A stretch of 64,000 bases of DNA from positions 124,434,001 through 124,498,000 of the forward strand of contig OZ360223.1 of NCBI GenBank assembly GCA_977017645.1, in the 5' to 3' direction. The position numbers and the translations under genes were made by a program. The notes beneath the pieces were generated by a model. It saw only the letters and a list, made by a program, of their open reading frames with translations, did no database searches and was not told the origin of the DNA. Shown in pieces: positions 13,301-26,434 of the stretch (the stretch's first letter is position 1; each line of letters opens with the position of its first letter). The DNA is from Torpedo marmorata. Taxonomy: Eukaryota.

Positions 13301-13309
13301 TTTCTAGAG

Positions 13310-13387
13310 CAGTGGTTCTCAACCTTTTTTTTTTACCACTCACATACCGCCTTAAGTATTCCCTTACTAACAGAGCACCTATGGCAT
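13310..13387 (+). mobile_element. hAT (Charlie-like) DNA transposon end fragment
   Basis: Begins CAGTGGTTCTCAACC, a typical hAT TIR; partner TIR not found. Confidence 0.45.
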
Positions 13388-13749
13388 CCTATGCAGCATC
13401 AAGGAAAGGTGCTTGTATCTTTTTTGGTGTTTTATTAAATGGTCCATGCCCTTCTATTTCCATGTCTGATGGAAACTGGTGGGGTGTTACATTGAGAAGC
13501 TGGAGGAAGTCGGCAGGTCAGGCATCATCTATGGGTAGAAATCGGGACCTTTTATCGAGGTAGGATTGGTTACATTGGATCACGGTTGGTGCACACAAGC
13601 AGGCTGAAGTGAAAGGCCTGTTCCTGAGCTGTCCTCTCAGGGCCAGAGGCTAAGAGTGGAATGATCCAATTGCATAACAGAGTCTGCCTCGTGAGGTCAA
13701 GTGACCGACAGCAGGTGGGGAGGTCAGGTAATGAAAGCAATATCACTGC

Positions 13750-15790
13750 CATAGAACCATAGAACATTACAGCACAGAAACAGGCCTCTTCAGCCCTTCT
13801 AGTCTGTGCCAAACCTTTTTTATTTTGGCTAGTCCCACTGACCTGCATCCAGTCCATAGCCCTCCATACCTCTCCCATCCATGTACCTGTCCAAATTCCT
13901 CTTAAATGTTAAAATTGAGCCTGCATTCACCACTTCAGCTGGCAGCTCGTTCCACACTCCCACCACTCTCTGTGTGAAGATGTTCCCCCTAAACTTTTCC
14001 CCTTTCACTCTTAACCCATGTCCTCTGGTTTGTATCTCACCTACCCTCAGTGGAAAAAGCCTATCTACATTTATTCTGTCTATCCCCCTCATAATTTTAA
14101 ATACCTCTATCAAATCTCCCCTCATTCTTCTATGCTCCAGGGAATAAAGTCCTAACCTGTTTAACCTTTCCCTGTAACTCAGTTCCTGAAGTCCAGGCAA
14201 CATCCTAGTAAATCTTCTCTGCACTCTTTCTATCTTATTGATATCTTTCCTGTAGTTAGGTGACCAAAACTGCACACAATACTCCAAATTTGGCCTCACC
14301 AATGTCATATACAACTTTACCATAACATCCCAACTCCTGTACTCAATACTTTGATTTATGAAGGCCAATATGCCAAAAGCTCTCTTTACAACCCTATCCA
14401 CCTGTGATGCCACTTTCAGGGAATTATGTATCTGTATTCCCAGATCCCTCTGTTCTACCGCACTCCTCAGTGCCCTACCATTTACCATGTATGACCGTTC
14501 TTGGTTTGTCCTTCCAAAATGCAACACCTCACACTTGTCTGCATTAAATTCCATCTGCCATTTTTCCAGCTGGTCCAGATCCCTCTTCAAGCTTTGAAAA
14601 CCTTTTTCACTGTCCACAACACCTCCAATCTTCGTGTCATCAGCAAACTTGATTATCCAATTTACCACATTATCATCCAGATCATTGATATAGATGACAA
14701 ACAATGGTCCCAGTACTGATCCCTGAGGCACACCACTAGTTACAGGCCTCCAGTCTGAGAAGCAATCATCCACCACTACTCTCTGGCTTCTCCCGTCCAG
14801 CCATTGTCGAATTCAGTTTACTACTTCACCATGAATACCTAGCATCTGAACCTTCCTGACTAACCTCCCATGCGGGACCTTGTCAAAGGCCTTACTAAAG
14901 TCCATGTCGACAACATCCACAGCCTTTCCTTCGTCAACTTTCCTGGTAACCAACTCGAAAAACTCTATGAGATTGGTTAAACATGACCTACCACACAAAG
15001 CCATGTTGACTATATCTAATCAGTTCATGGCTATCCAAATAATTGTATATCCGATCTCTTAGAACACCTTCCAATAATTTACCTACTACTGACATCAGGC
15101 TCACCGGCCTATAATTTCCAGGGTTACTTTTGGAGCCTTCTTTAAACAATGGAACAACATAAGCAACCCTCCAATCCTCTGGCACCACACCCGTGGCTAA
15201 GGACATTTAAAATACTTCTGCCAGAACCCTGCAATTTCTATACTAGCCTCCCTCAAGGTCTGAGGGAATATCTTGTCAGACTCTGGGGATTTATCCACCT
15301 TTATTTGCTATAAGACAGCAAGCACTTCCTCCTCTTTAATCTGTATAGGTTCCATGACCTCACTGCTTGTTTTCCTTACTTCCCACGACTCTGTGCCCTT
15401 TTCCTGACTAAATACTGATGGAAAAAAAACATTTAAGACCTCTCCCATCTCTTTTGGCTCCATACAGAGCCGATCACTCTGATCTTCAAGGGGACCAATT
15501 TTGTCCCTTACTGTCCTTTTGCTCTTAATATACCTGTAGAAACCCTTAGGATTTTCCTTCACATTGTCCGCCAAAGCAACTTCATGTCTTCTTTTAGCCT
15601 TCCTGATTTCTTTCTTGAGGTTTTTCTTGCATTTTTTATACTCAAGTATCTCATTTGCTCCATGTTGCCTATACCTGTTATACACCTCTTTCTTCTTCTG
15701 AACCCAATATCCCTCGGAAACAAAGGTTCCCTGTGCCTTCTAACCTTGCCTTTGATCCTGACAGGAACATACAAACTATGTACTCTCAAA
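13750..15790 (-). mobile_element. CR1 LINE, 5'-truncated
   Basis: RT ORFs 13829-15685 on the minus strand; (TCTATGGT)-type tail. Confidence 0.9.
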
Positions 15791-17397
15791 CCACCCACAA
15801 GATGCTCAATGGAGGAGGGGTGGGGGGGTTGCTGTTGAGGAGGGTCAATAAATGCTGGTCTCTTCGAGGTCTTTTAGTAGGGCTAGGGTGAGCCTGGGCA
15901 TCTTCAGGTGACATCACTGGTATCGAGTCACGAGGGAACGATGGCAAATTTCCTCCTGGAGAGAACTCCATGCATCTTCTATAGTTCCAGTGCTCCGTCG
16001 TTGCTGTTACCGAGGCTAATTTTTATATATGTATTTGACACATCCTGAATAAACACACGATGATCCTTTTAAAGATCATATTTTTCACATCACAACTGAA
16101 GCAGGAGTATGTGATGCGGTCACTTTAGCTGACTCCACCATTTAATATAAACAGGGCAGAGGGTGGTGGTGTAAGGAACGGGCTGCCGGAGGAGGTGGTT
16201 GAGGCAGGTTCTCTTGCAGCGTTTAAGAAAAAAAATAGAGAGATACATGAATAGGATGGGTTAGCGGGATATGGGCCAAATGCACGCAGGTGGGACTAGT
16301 GTGGGTGGGACACTGATTGGCGTGAGCAAGTTTCCACGCTGTATGACTCGATGAATTTCACCAGGATAGTCCCCAAGATCGGGGGGTGAACTCTCTTCTG
16401 GGGCCAGTGTGCTGCACTGTATCCTGCCAGTGGACAAATAAATGAACAATAAACTACTCTTCTTGTTTGGCCTTGGCAGACAATAGCTTGACCTTCCAAG
16501 GCTTCTCAGGCATGACCCATTCTGATTCCAATTGGAATTTCAGCAGGGGGAAGGATGCAGGAAAAGAGCTGATTGGTCTGACCCTGTTCGATCTCACACT
16601 GAATGGCAGGAGAGTGTTGCCAACTTTGTGTGAAGGTTCCATCACTGGATTGGCTCCAACCCTTCACTTACTCAAGCCTCGTGTCAATCCTGGTTGACCC
16701 CCACCAATAGAAAGGAGCACCAGGGATTCTCCAAGCCACTGGTCGCATCCGCTGAAGGGAAGGGGAAACAGCAGCCAAAATTCCAGCCCACTGTTACCCG
16801 ATTTGATATATTTACAAGGAGCAAAGAAATGGAACCTAACTCAGAGAAGTGTGGGGGTCCATTTTGGGAAGTAAAACCAGGCCAGGAGCTAAGCAGTGAA
16901 CGGCAAGGACCTGGGGAGTGTTGAGCAACAGAGAAATTTGGAGGGTACAGGTACACATTGCCCTGAAAAGTAGACAGGCAAGTGAAGAGGGCGTTGGACG
17001 TGCTTGTCTTCATCGTTCAGCGGAATGAGATGATGGATTTTTCTCACCCAATAGTAAATGTGCTGAATTCTTTCCCCCAGAGACTATCACTGCAATTGGT
17101 AAAAACGCAGATCCAAAGATTTCAAAATAAAATAGGAGTCAAGGCAAAGAGATTGGTCACTTCTAACTTCACTCTCCCCTACTGCTCCTCCATTCCCCAC
17201 TCCTCTCCCACTCTGGCCTCCCCACAACCCCTTCTCTTTCTCCTTCACTCACTTTTACAATCTCCCCTGTACACTCTCCCTTCGTTTCACGCTCTCCAAC
17301 CTTCATTCTCTCTCCACTTTCCCCCTTCCCCCTCTCCCCATTCACTTCCCTTCATTCTCTCTCCCCCTTCCCACACCCATTGAACAGTGCTGCTGCT

Positions 17398-20397
17398 TTA
17401 TAACCATATAACCATATAACAATTACAGCACGGAAACAGGCCATTAGGCCCTTCCAGTCCGCACCGAACCAAAACATTCCTATCTAGTCCCACCTACCTG
17501 CACCTTGCCCATAACCCTCCACTTTCCTCACATCCATATACTTGTCCAACTTTTTCTTAAATACTAAAATTGACTCTGCTGCCACTACTTCTCCCGGAAG
17601 CTCATTCCACACAGCTACCACTCTCTGAGTAAAGAAGTTCCCCCTCATGTTACCTCTAAACCTCTGCCCCTTAACTCTTAGCTCATGTCCTCTTGTTTCA
17701 ATCTCTCCTATTCTTAATGGAAATAGTCTATCCACATCCACTCTGTCTATCCCTTTCATAATTTTAAATACCTCTATCAAATCCCCTCTCAACCTTCTAC
17801 GCTCCAAAGAATAAAGACCTAATCTGTTCAATCTCTCCTTGTACTCTAAATTCTTAAACCCAGGTAACATTCTGGTAAACCTTCTCTGCACTCTCTCCAA
17901 TTTGTTGATATCCTTCCTATAATTTGGCGACCAGAACTGCACACAGAACTCTAAATTAGGCCGCACCAAAGCCTTATATAATCTCAACATCACTTCCCAA
18001 CTCCTATATTCTATGCATTGATTGATGAAGGCCAGCATACTGAAAGCCTTCTTCACCACCCTATTCACATGAGTTTCCACCTTCAGGGAACGATGCACCG
18101 TTATTCCTAAATCTTTCTGCTCTTCTGTATTCATCAATGCTCTCCCATTTACTACATATGTCCTGTTCTGATTCTTCTTTCCAAAATGAAGCACCTCACA
18201 CTTATCAGCATTAAACTCCATCTGCCATTTTTCAGCCCACTTTTCTAAGCAGCCCAAATCCTTCTGCAATCCTTGAAAACCTTCTTCATTATCCACTATT
18301 CCACCTATCTTGGTATCATCTGCATATTTACTAATCCAGTTTACCACCCCATCATCTAGATCATTGATATATATAACAAACAACAATGGGCCCAATACAG
18401 ATCCCTGAGGCACACCGCTTGTCACGGGCTTCCAACCTGACAAACAATTATCCACTACCACTCTCTGGCCTCTCCCCTCCAGCCAATGTTCAATCCATTT
18501 GACTACCTCAGAATCTATACCTAAAGACTGCACCTTCCTCACTAACCTTCCATGCGGAACCTTATCAAAGGCCTTACTGAAGTCCATATAGACAACATCC
18601 ACTGCACTACCCTCATCCACAGTCCTAGTCACCTCTTCAAAAAATTCAGATTGGTCAAACAGGACCTTCCGCTCACAAATCCGTGTTGAGAGTTCCCGAT
18701 CAGACCCTGCCTATCCAGATATTTATAAGTCCTATCTCTGAGAACTTTCTCCATTAATTTACCTACCACAGACGTCAAACTTACAGGCCGATAATTGCCA
18801 GGCTTCCTCCTTGAACCCTTTTTAAATAACGGAACCACATGCGCAATACGCCAATCCTCCGGCACTATCCCCGTCTCTAATGACATTTGGAAAATCGCCG
18901 TCAGAGCCTCTGCTATTTCTTCTCTTACTTCTCTCAAGGTCCTGGGGAAGATCCCGTCGGGTCCTGGAGACTTATCCACCTTTATATTCCTCAAAAGCCC
19001 TAACACTACATCTTTCGTAATCCCTATATTCTCCATATTTACCCCATTAGCTTTGTTTATCTGGCATATATCAATATCCTTCTCCTTGGTGAATACCGAA
19101 GAAAAAAAACTGTTCAATATCTCCCCCATTTCACTAGGCTCCACACACAGTTTTCCGTTCTGATTCTCTAAGGGACCAATTTTGTCCCTTGCTTTCCTCT
19201 TACCATTAACGTATTTGTAGAAACCTTTTGGATTAACCTTCACCCTGCTTGCTATAGTCTCTTCATACCTTCTTTTTGCTATCCTAATTCCTCTCTTAAG
19301 ATTCTTTTTACATTCAATGTATTTTACAAACATCTCCTTATTTCCATGCTTCTTATACTTAATATACGCCTCCCTTTTTTTCCGAACCAAGTTTCCAATA
19401 TTCCTCGAGAACCACGGCTCCCTCAAACCTTTTGCCCCTCCTTTTAACCTAACAGGAACATAAATCTTTTGCACTCTCAAAATCTGATCTTTAAAAGACT
19501 TCCATCTCTCTACAACATCCTGCCCATAAAACAAATTGTCCCAATGCACACCCTCTAAGTCCTTTCGCATCCCCTCAAATCTAGCTTTTCCCCAATCAAA
19601 AACCTCAACCCTTGGCCCTGACTTATCTCTTTCCATAATGACATTGAAGCTGATAGCATTATGATCACTGGACCCGAAATGCTCGCCAACACAAACCTCC
19701 GTCACTTGACCTATCTCATTTGCTAACAATAGATCTAACACGGCTCCTTCTCTGGTCGGTACCTCTACATATTGTTGTAAAAAACTCTCCTGCACACATT
19801 TCACAAATTCCAACCCATCCAGCCCTTTCACAGAATGGGTCTCCCAATCTATATGTGGAAAATTAAAATCTCCCACAATCACAACCCTGTGCTTATCACA
19901 ATTATCCACTATCTCCCTACAGATATGTTCCTCCAGGACTCGGTCCCCTCCGGGTGGTCTATAATACACCCCTACAAGTGTAACTTCTCCTTTCCCACTC
20001 CTCAGTTCTACCCAAACAGCCTCCGTGGACAAGCCCTCTAATCTATCCTGCCTAAGCACCGCTGTAATATTCTCCCTGACAAGCAATGCAACACCACCTC
20101 CTCTTGCTCCTCCGGCTCTATCACACCTAAAGCAACGAAACCCAGGGATATTCAACTGCCAATGACATCCCTCCTGCAACCATGTCTCACTAATGGCTAC
20201 CACATCATACTTCCAAGTATCAATCCACACCTTCAGCTCATCCACCTTTTTTACAATACTCCTGGCATTAAAATATATGAATTTCAGAGATTTAACACTT
20301 CTTAATCTTTGTTTGCCCTCATCATTAGTAACCTTCTCTATCACCTGCCCATCCATATTCAAACTCTGACTACAAACTTTCTCTGTTCTATCCTTCT
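17398..20397 (-). mobile_element. Young CR1 LINE with nearly intact ORF2 (one frameshift at about 18640)
   Basis: ORFs 18629-20500 (endonuclease) and 17484-18632 (RT); tail (ACCATATA)n on the + strand. Confidence 0.93.
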
Positions 20398-20610
20398 CCT
20401 GGCAATGGGAGTGAGCAGGGGGAGTTCGGATGTCGGGCAGCACCAACAGGAGTAAAGGAACAATGTCGATACGCTGGGTTCCTCCAGCAGATTTTCTCAT
20501 TTGGGCCGATCCCAGTATCTGCAGTCTCGCGTGGTTCCAATGTGAGTCTCTGGCCTTTCCTCAACTGGACAACCCCTCCGTCCCGCACACCACCGAACGC
20601 CTCCAGGAGC

Positions 20611-21338
20611 GTGCACCGTGCAACCACACCCCCCCACCACCAAATGCACCGTGCAACCCTCCTGCCCGCCACCACGGGCACCGTGCAACCCTCCTGCCCG
20701 CGCGCCACGGGCACCGTGCAACCCTCCTGCCCGCGCGCCACAGGCACCGTGCAACCCTCCTGCCCGCGCGACAGGCACCGTGCAACCTTCCTGCCCGCCG
20801 CCATGGGCACCGTGCAACCCTCCTGCCCGCGCGCCACGGGCACCGTGCAACCCTCCTGCCCGCGCGCCACGGGCACCGTGCAACCCTCCTGCTCGCGCGG
20901 CAGGCACCGTGCAACCCTCCTGCCCGCACACCACGGGCACCGTGCAACCCTCCTGCCCGTCGCCACGGGCACCGTGCAACCCTCCTGCCCGCGCGCCATG
21001 GGCACCATGCAACCCTCCTGCCCGCGCGCCACGGGCACCGTGCAACCCTCCTGCTCGCGCGACAGGCACCGTGCAACCCTCCTGCCCGCGCACCACGCAA
21101 CCCTCCTGCCCGCGCGCCACAGGCACCGTGCAACCCTCCTGCCCGCGCACCACGGGCACCGTGCAACCCTCCTGCCCGCGCACCACGGGCACTGTGCAAC
21201 CCTCCTGCCCGCCGCCACGGGCACCGTGCAACCCTCCTGCCCGTGCGCCACGGGCACCGTGCAACCCTCCTGCCTGCCGCCATGGGCACCGTGCAACCCT
21301 CCTGCCCGCCGCCATGGGCACCGTGCAACCCTCCTGCC
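20611..21338. repeat. GC-rich minisatellite, about 33-bp unit GGGCACCGTGCAACCCTCCTGCCCGCGCGCCAC
   Basis: About 20 tandem units, starting roughly 560 bp downstream of the CHST stop codon. Confidence 0.95.
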
Positions 21339-21901
21339 CTTCGCTGCGTGCGGACGGAATGTGCGAGCGCGTGCCCCGCAATCAGTCGACGGACACGCTG
21401 TAGTTGGGGCGAGCGGGACTCCGGAACGCGCCTCGCGGGAGCAGCAGGCGTGTCTTGCCGCCGGGAGTCAGCCGATGTCGAGGGAGGCGCGCGACGCAAC
21501 CGAAAACCGTGCAGCGTTAGGGCACCCGCTACGTGATAGCGCGCGACCGACGGGACTCCGTCGGTGTCCAGGTAGGCGAGCAGAATGAAAACGAGGGCGG
21601 GCGGCAGGAGAACGCGCCTTGCGGGCGCGCGCGTCCGGCGGAAAACACTCTCGGGCAGGCGGACACGGTGTGATCGGAGCACGTGGGCAGCGCGCGAGGT
21701 CTGGGTACGCACCTCCCGGGAGCGCGCTCCGACCCAGGTCGGCGGGCACTGTCATGGGCGGGGGGAACGCGCCGCATCGGGAACGCGCTCCTGCACATAC
21801 GTGCTCGTGCGGGACCCAGCCGAGATCCAGGTACGGTGTCATTTGAGAGCGCGCGGGAAGGGCACGCGCCGGGTCAAGTACGCGCTCCCCCGCCGCGGCA
21901 G

Positions 21902-22768
21902 TCAGCCGAGGTGCAGGTAGGAGGGCACGGAGTAGTTGAAGAGGGCAAAGTCGAGCTGGTAGAGCTGGTAGAGCTTCCTCTGGTAGAAGGGCGAGATGTT
22001 GCGGAAGAAGCCGGCTGTCATGGCGGCGGTGGTGCGGCCGGCCTGCGGGCCGCCGGCCGAGGCCGGGAAGGAGATGAGCGGCTCCAGCCGCGCCAGCGCC
22101 AGCAGGTAGCGGGCGTCGCTGGCCAGCGTCTCGTAGCGGCCCAGCACGTCGTAGCGGATGAGGCACGGGTGGCAGAGCGAGTAGACCGTCTCCCAGTGCT
22201 CGTTGAAGGGCCCGTCGCGCCGGGTCCTCGGGTCGACCAGGTACCACACGAACTCCTGGAAGGAGACGTCGGCGCCGCGCTGCAGGGCCTCGGCGCTGGG
22301 CCGGCGCCGGTGCCGCCGCACGATGGTGGTGCCGTAGCGCCGGTGGAAGGCCGTGTTGTAGGCGCGCGTGAACTTGTTGCGGTAGGCGGACACGAGCCGC
22401 TCGAAGGGCTCGCGCACGAAGAGGAACTTGAGGTAGTGGCGGAGGCGCCGGTTGATCTCGGCGGGCGGGAAGGTGTCGAGCGTGCGCAGGTTGGCCGCCA
22501 CGTGGGCCTCGTGGGCCGGGATGGTCAGGGGGTCGGCGTAGTTGCCGGCGCCGGTCAGCACCATCATCACCCGCTTCCAGTTGGTGCACGCCACCTTGGG
22601 CACGTAGCAGTAGAGCAGGCCGTGCTGGTCGTCCACGATCAGGTGGCGCAGGTCGCCGGCCGTCAGCAGCCGCCGCCGCTTGCGGCTCTGCCGCTGGTGG
22701 GCCGCGCACGCCGTGTCCAGCAGGGCCCGGCGGCGCTGGTGCAGCTGCTGGGCGTCCGAGCGGGCCTG
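21902..22768 (-). CDS. CHST13: CHST13-like coding exon 3 (Sulfotransfer_2 catalytic domain, to stop codon)
   Basis: Contains the 5'-PSB motif [13 protein letters not shown], the 3'-PB motif [26 protein letters not shown] and the C-terminus [12 protein letters not shown]. Phase-0 acceptor ctctccccgcag|CAG. HGLLYCY and PAEINRRLR are CHST13-like, but CHST11 is not excluded without phylogeny or synteny. Confidence 0.92.
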   Translation of the reverse strand, partial: QARSDAQQLHQRRRALLDTACAAHQRQSRKRRRLLTAGDLRHLIVDDQHGLLYCYVPKVACTNWKRVMMVLTGAGNYADPLTIPAHEAHVAANLRTLDTFPPAEINRRLRHYLKFLFVREPFERLVSAYRNKFTRAYNTAFHRRYGTTIVRRHRRRPSAEALQRGADVSFQEFVWYLVDPRTRRDGPFNEHWETVYSLCHPCLIRYDVLGRYETLASDARYLLALARLEPLISFPASAGGPQAGRTTAAMTAGFFRNISPFYQRKLYQLYQLDFALFNYSVPSYLHLG

Positions 22769-22794
22769 CTGCGGGGAGAGCACAGGGTCACGGT

Positions 22795-23600
22795 CCGGGA
22801 CACTGGTCTGGTCCCCTGGACACTGCCCCCCTGGTTACTGTCCTGGACTTCCTCCCTGGACACTGCCCCCCTGGTCACCGTCCCCCTGGTCACCGTCCGG
22901 GCCCCTCAACACTGGTCACTGTCCTGCCTCCCTGGACACTGCCCCCCTGGTCACCGTCCGGGCCCCTCAACACTGGTCTCTGTCCTGCCTCCCTGGTCAC
23001 TGTCTGGACACTGCCCCCCTGGTCACTGTCCGGGCCCCTGGATACTGGTCTGGTCCCCGATCACATCTGGGCCCCTGGAAACTAGTCTGGGCCCCTGGAC
23101 ACCATCCAACCACAGTCAGCTGCCCAGCCCGCTGGTCACTGCCTGACCCCCGGTCACCATCTGGGCCCCTGGAAACTGGTCTGCTCCCCTGGATACCATC
23201 CAACCACAGTCAGCTGCCCAGCCCGCTGCTCACCGTCTGGGTCCCCGGTCACATCTGGGCCCCTGGATACCATCCAACCACAGTCAGCTGCCCAGCCCGC
23301 TGCTCACTGTCTGGGCCCCTGGAAACTGGTCTGGTCTCCGGTCACATCTGGGCCCCTGGAAACTGGTCTGGGCCCCTGGAAACTGGTCTGGGCCCCTGGA
23401 TACCATCCAACCACAGTCAGCTGCCCAGCCCGCTGGTCACTGCCTGACCCCCGGTCACCATCTGGGCCCCTGGAAACTGGTCTGGGCCCCTGGATACCAT
23501 CCAACCACAGACAACTGCCCAGCCCGCTGGTTACTGTCTGGGCCCCTGGAAATTGGTCTGGTCACCATCCAGGCCCCTGGTCACCAGTTCAGCTCCCTGG
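22795..23600. repeat. Complex GC-rich tandem repeats at the 3' end of intron 2
   Basis: Repeated GGACACTGCCCCCCTGGTCAC, CTGGGCCCCTGGAAACTGGT and CCATCCAACCACAGTCAGCTGCCCAGCCCG blocks. Confidence 0.85.
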
Positions 23601-24020
23601 TCTCACATTGCCTCACTGTAAAACTCTTGTCCATTGGCACTCCCCTCCACTGCCAGAGTCAGGTACATTACCAACTGCAGGAACAACATCTTCTCCCTGA
23701 GCTTTTCTGGAACTAGCGTTGTGTTCTGACTTCAGGTAGACTCTCTCTTTGTGTCCCATCCTCCTGTCATCATGCGCACATCCTTTCTCGCCCCGTTTCT
23801 ATTGTGCCTCGCTAATGGTCAGTAAACATGCTCCTTATCACCTGATCTGCCTCAACTCCTCCATCTAGGTTCTTGTAGACAAGGTGGTGAAGAATGCGTT
23901 AGGCACGCTTGCCTTCATTGGGCGGGGTATTGAGGGGAAAAGTTGGGGCCTCATGTTCTTATCGCCTACCAATAAATTGGAAGGCTGCAGAGGAGGTTCA
24001 GCAAGATGTTACTGAGACTA

Positions 24021-25478
24021 TATAACCATATAACATTTACAGCACAGAAACAGGCCAGTTCGGCCCTTTGAGTCCATGCCGAACACATTCTCCCACCTAG
24101 TCCCACTGACCCGCACCCGGCCCATAACCCTCCACACCTCTCTCGTCCATATACCTATCCAACTTTTCCTTAAACATTAAAATTGAACCTGCATCTACCA
24201 CTTCGGCCGGAAGCTCGTTCCACCCTCTTACCACCCTCTGAGTGAAGAAATTCCCCCTCATGTTTCCTCTAAACTTTTCCCCCTTCAATCTCAATCCATG
24301 CCCTCTTGTTTGAATCTTACCCTCTCTCAATGGAAAAAGCCTGTCCACATTGACTATCTTTCCCCTTCATAATTTTAAATACCTCTATCAAATCACCCCT
24401 TAACCTTCTACGCTCCAGGGAATAAAGTCCCAGCCTGTTCAACCTTTCCCTATAACTCAAACCCAGAAACCCAGGCAACATTCTTGTAAATCTCCTCTGC
24501 ACTCTCTCTATTCTGTTTATATCCTTCCTGTAATTCGGCGACCAAAACTGCACACAATATTCCAAATTTGGCCTCACCAATGCCTTATACAACTTCAACA
24601 TGACATCCCAACTCCTATATTCAATACTCTGATTTATGAAGGCCAACATACCAAATGCCTTCTTCACCACCCTATCTACGTGTGACTCAACTTTCAGGGA
24701 ATTATGTACCAGAATTCCTAAATCCCTCTGTTCTACTGCACTTCTCAATTGTCTTCCATTTAACATGTATGACCTTTGCTGATTAGTCCTACCAAAATGT
24801 AGCACCTCACATTTATCAGTATTAAATTCCATCTGCCATGTTTCCGCCCACTCTTCTAACTGTCCTATATCCCCCTGCAAGCTGTGATATCCTTCTTCAC
24901 TGTCCACAACACCACCAATCTTCGTATCATCTGCATACTTACTAATCCAATTTACCACCCTATCATCTAGATCATTAATATATATGACAAACAACAATGG
25001 ACCCAGTACCGATCCCTGAGGCACTCCACTAGTCACCGGCCTCCAATTTGACAAACAATTTTCCACCACTACTCTCTGGCATCTCCTATCCAACCATTGT
25101 TGAATCCATTTCACTACTTCGTCATTAATACCTAATGCTTGAACCTTCCTAACAAGCCTCTTATGCGGAACCTTGTCAAATGCCTTACTAAAGTCTAACA
25201 TGAGGGGGAACTTCTTTACTCAGAGAGTGGTAGCAGTGTGGAATGAGCTTCCGGGAGAAGTAGTGGCGGCAGAGTCAATTTTATTATTTAAGAAAAAGTT
25301 GGACAAGTATATGGATGAGAAGGAAGTGGAGGGTTATGGGCAGGGTGCAGGTTGGTGGGACTAGATAGGAATGTTTGGTTCAGTGCGGACTGGAAGGGCC
25401 TAATGGCCTGTTTCCGTGCTGTAATTGTTATATGTTATATATGTTATGTTAAAGTCCATATAGACAACATCCACAGCC
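24021..25478 (-). mobile_element. CR1 (same subfamily as 5828-9766) nested in an older CR1 (about 23875-25507)
   Basis: RT ORF 24317-25201; TSD ACTA at 24017-24020 and 25479-25482. Confidence 0.88.
25196..25449 (+). mobile_element. Short CR1 3' end nested in the minus-strand CR1
   Basis: TSD TAAAGTC at 25189-25195 and 25450-25456; (ATATGTT)n tail. Confidence 0.88.
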
Positions 25479-26434
25479 ACTAGAGGGGTTGTGTTCTAGG
25501 GATAAGGTGGCAGTGCTGAACGATCAGTGGGCAAATATTGGACCACGTGTTCCTGGAAAACGTAATAGGGGCTGTTCCAAATCTCGGTCTGAGCAATTCA
25601 ATTCAGTTACTTGCCCAGGGATTACAAGATGCTGCAATTTTGTTCTCAAATACAAATGAAATGAAATGAAAATAAACCATGAGTGTAAACTGGTCATGGA
25701 TTGAAATCTACAATTTTGAGGACACAAGAACAGGCAATTCAGCCCATCACTATGCCACTGAACAACTCCGGGCCTCGTCTGATTTTTGCCCTCTCCGTAG
25801 GTAGTCTTAAACTGCTCATTGTTTCCTTCCATGTTCTCAATGACACCACCTGGCTGGAGTTGTTTGAATTGGGTGTCCCTTAAATCTGAAGCTCCCCTCC
25901 CTTCCCCCAGTTTCACTGTGCATGTGATCTTTGGTGTGCAGGCTTGGATGTCACATTGAGCAATGAAGTGTGTCACGTGGTCACAGCTCACTCTGAGAGG
26001 TCCAGATTGCTGCAGGAAAGGGCTGCAGACCACGTGGACCATTGCAGCGTGGCAGAAAATCTGGGTAGAGTGACGTTCCTCAGCTCCTCCTTGCCCGCTT
26101 CTGGCTATTGATGCACCGTTCCCCCAGGTATCTGGATTCCACCACCTCCCACGCATCTCATGCCACATCCCCACCTTCCATCAGTCACCTGACCCCACTT
26201 ACCCTGCACATGAACCCATCATTGAGCTCCCTCCACAATTGCCTCCATCTGCAGTCCCCACCCTGACCCCCAGGCTTATCCCACCCTGACACCTGGAGTA
26301 AGTGCCAATCCCACCACACTCTCTTTTGGTGCACTGAGTGATGGAAGAGTGTTGTTGGGTGAACCATAGTCAGTAACAGCACAACTGGACCCCAGAGCAG
26401 ACACGGTGTATTAGCACATGCAGACACCACGGAA

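Noticed and set aside
15786-16760. Short minus-strand ORFs and an exon-like segment (about 16662-16741)
   Set aside because: Splice signals are plausible but there is no recognisable protein or partner exon.
20388-21712. Long overlapping ORFs (260-380 aa) on both strands
   Set aside because: They are translations of a stop-free GC-rich minisatellite.
21468-23447. 413-, 487- and 255-aa ORFs overlapping exon 3
   Set aside because: Shadow frames caused by extreme GC content and adjacent repeats; no recognisable domain.
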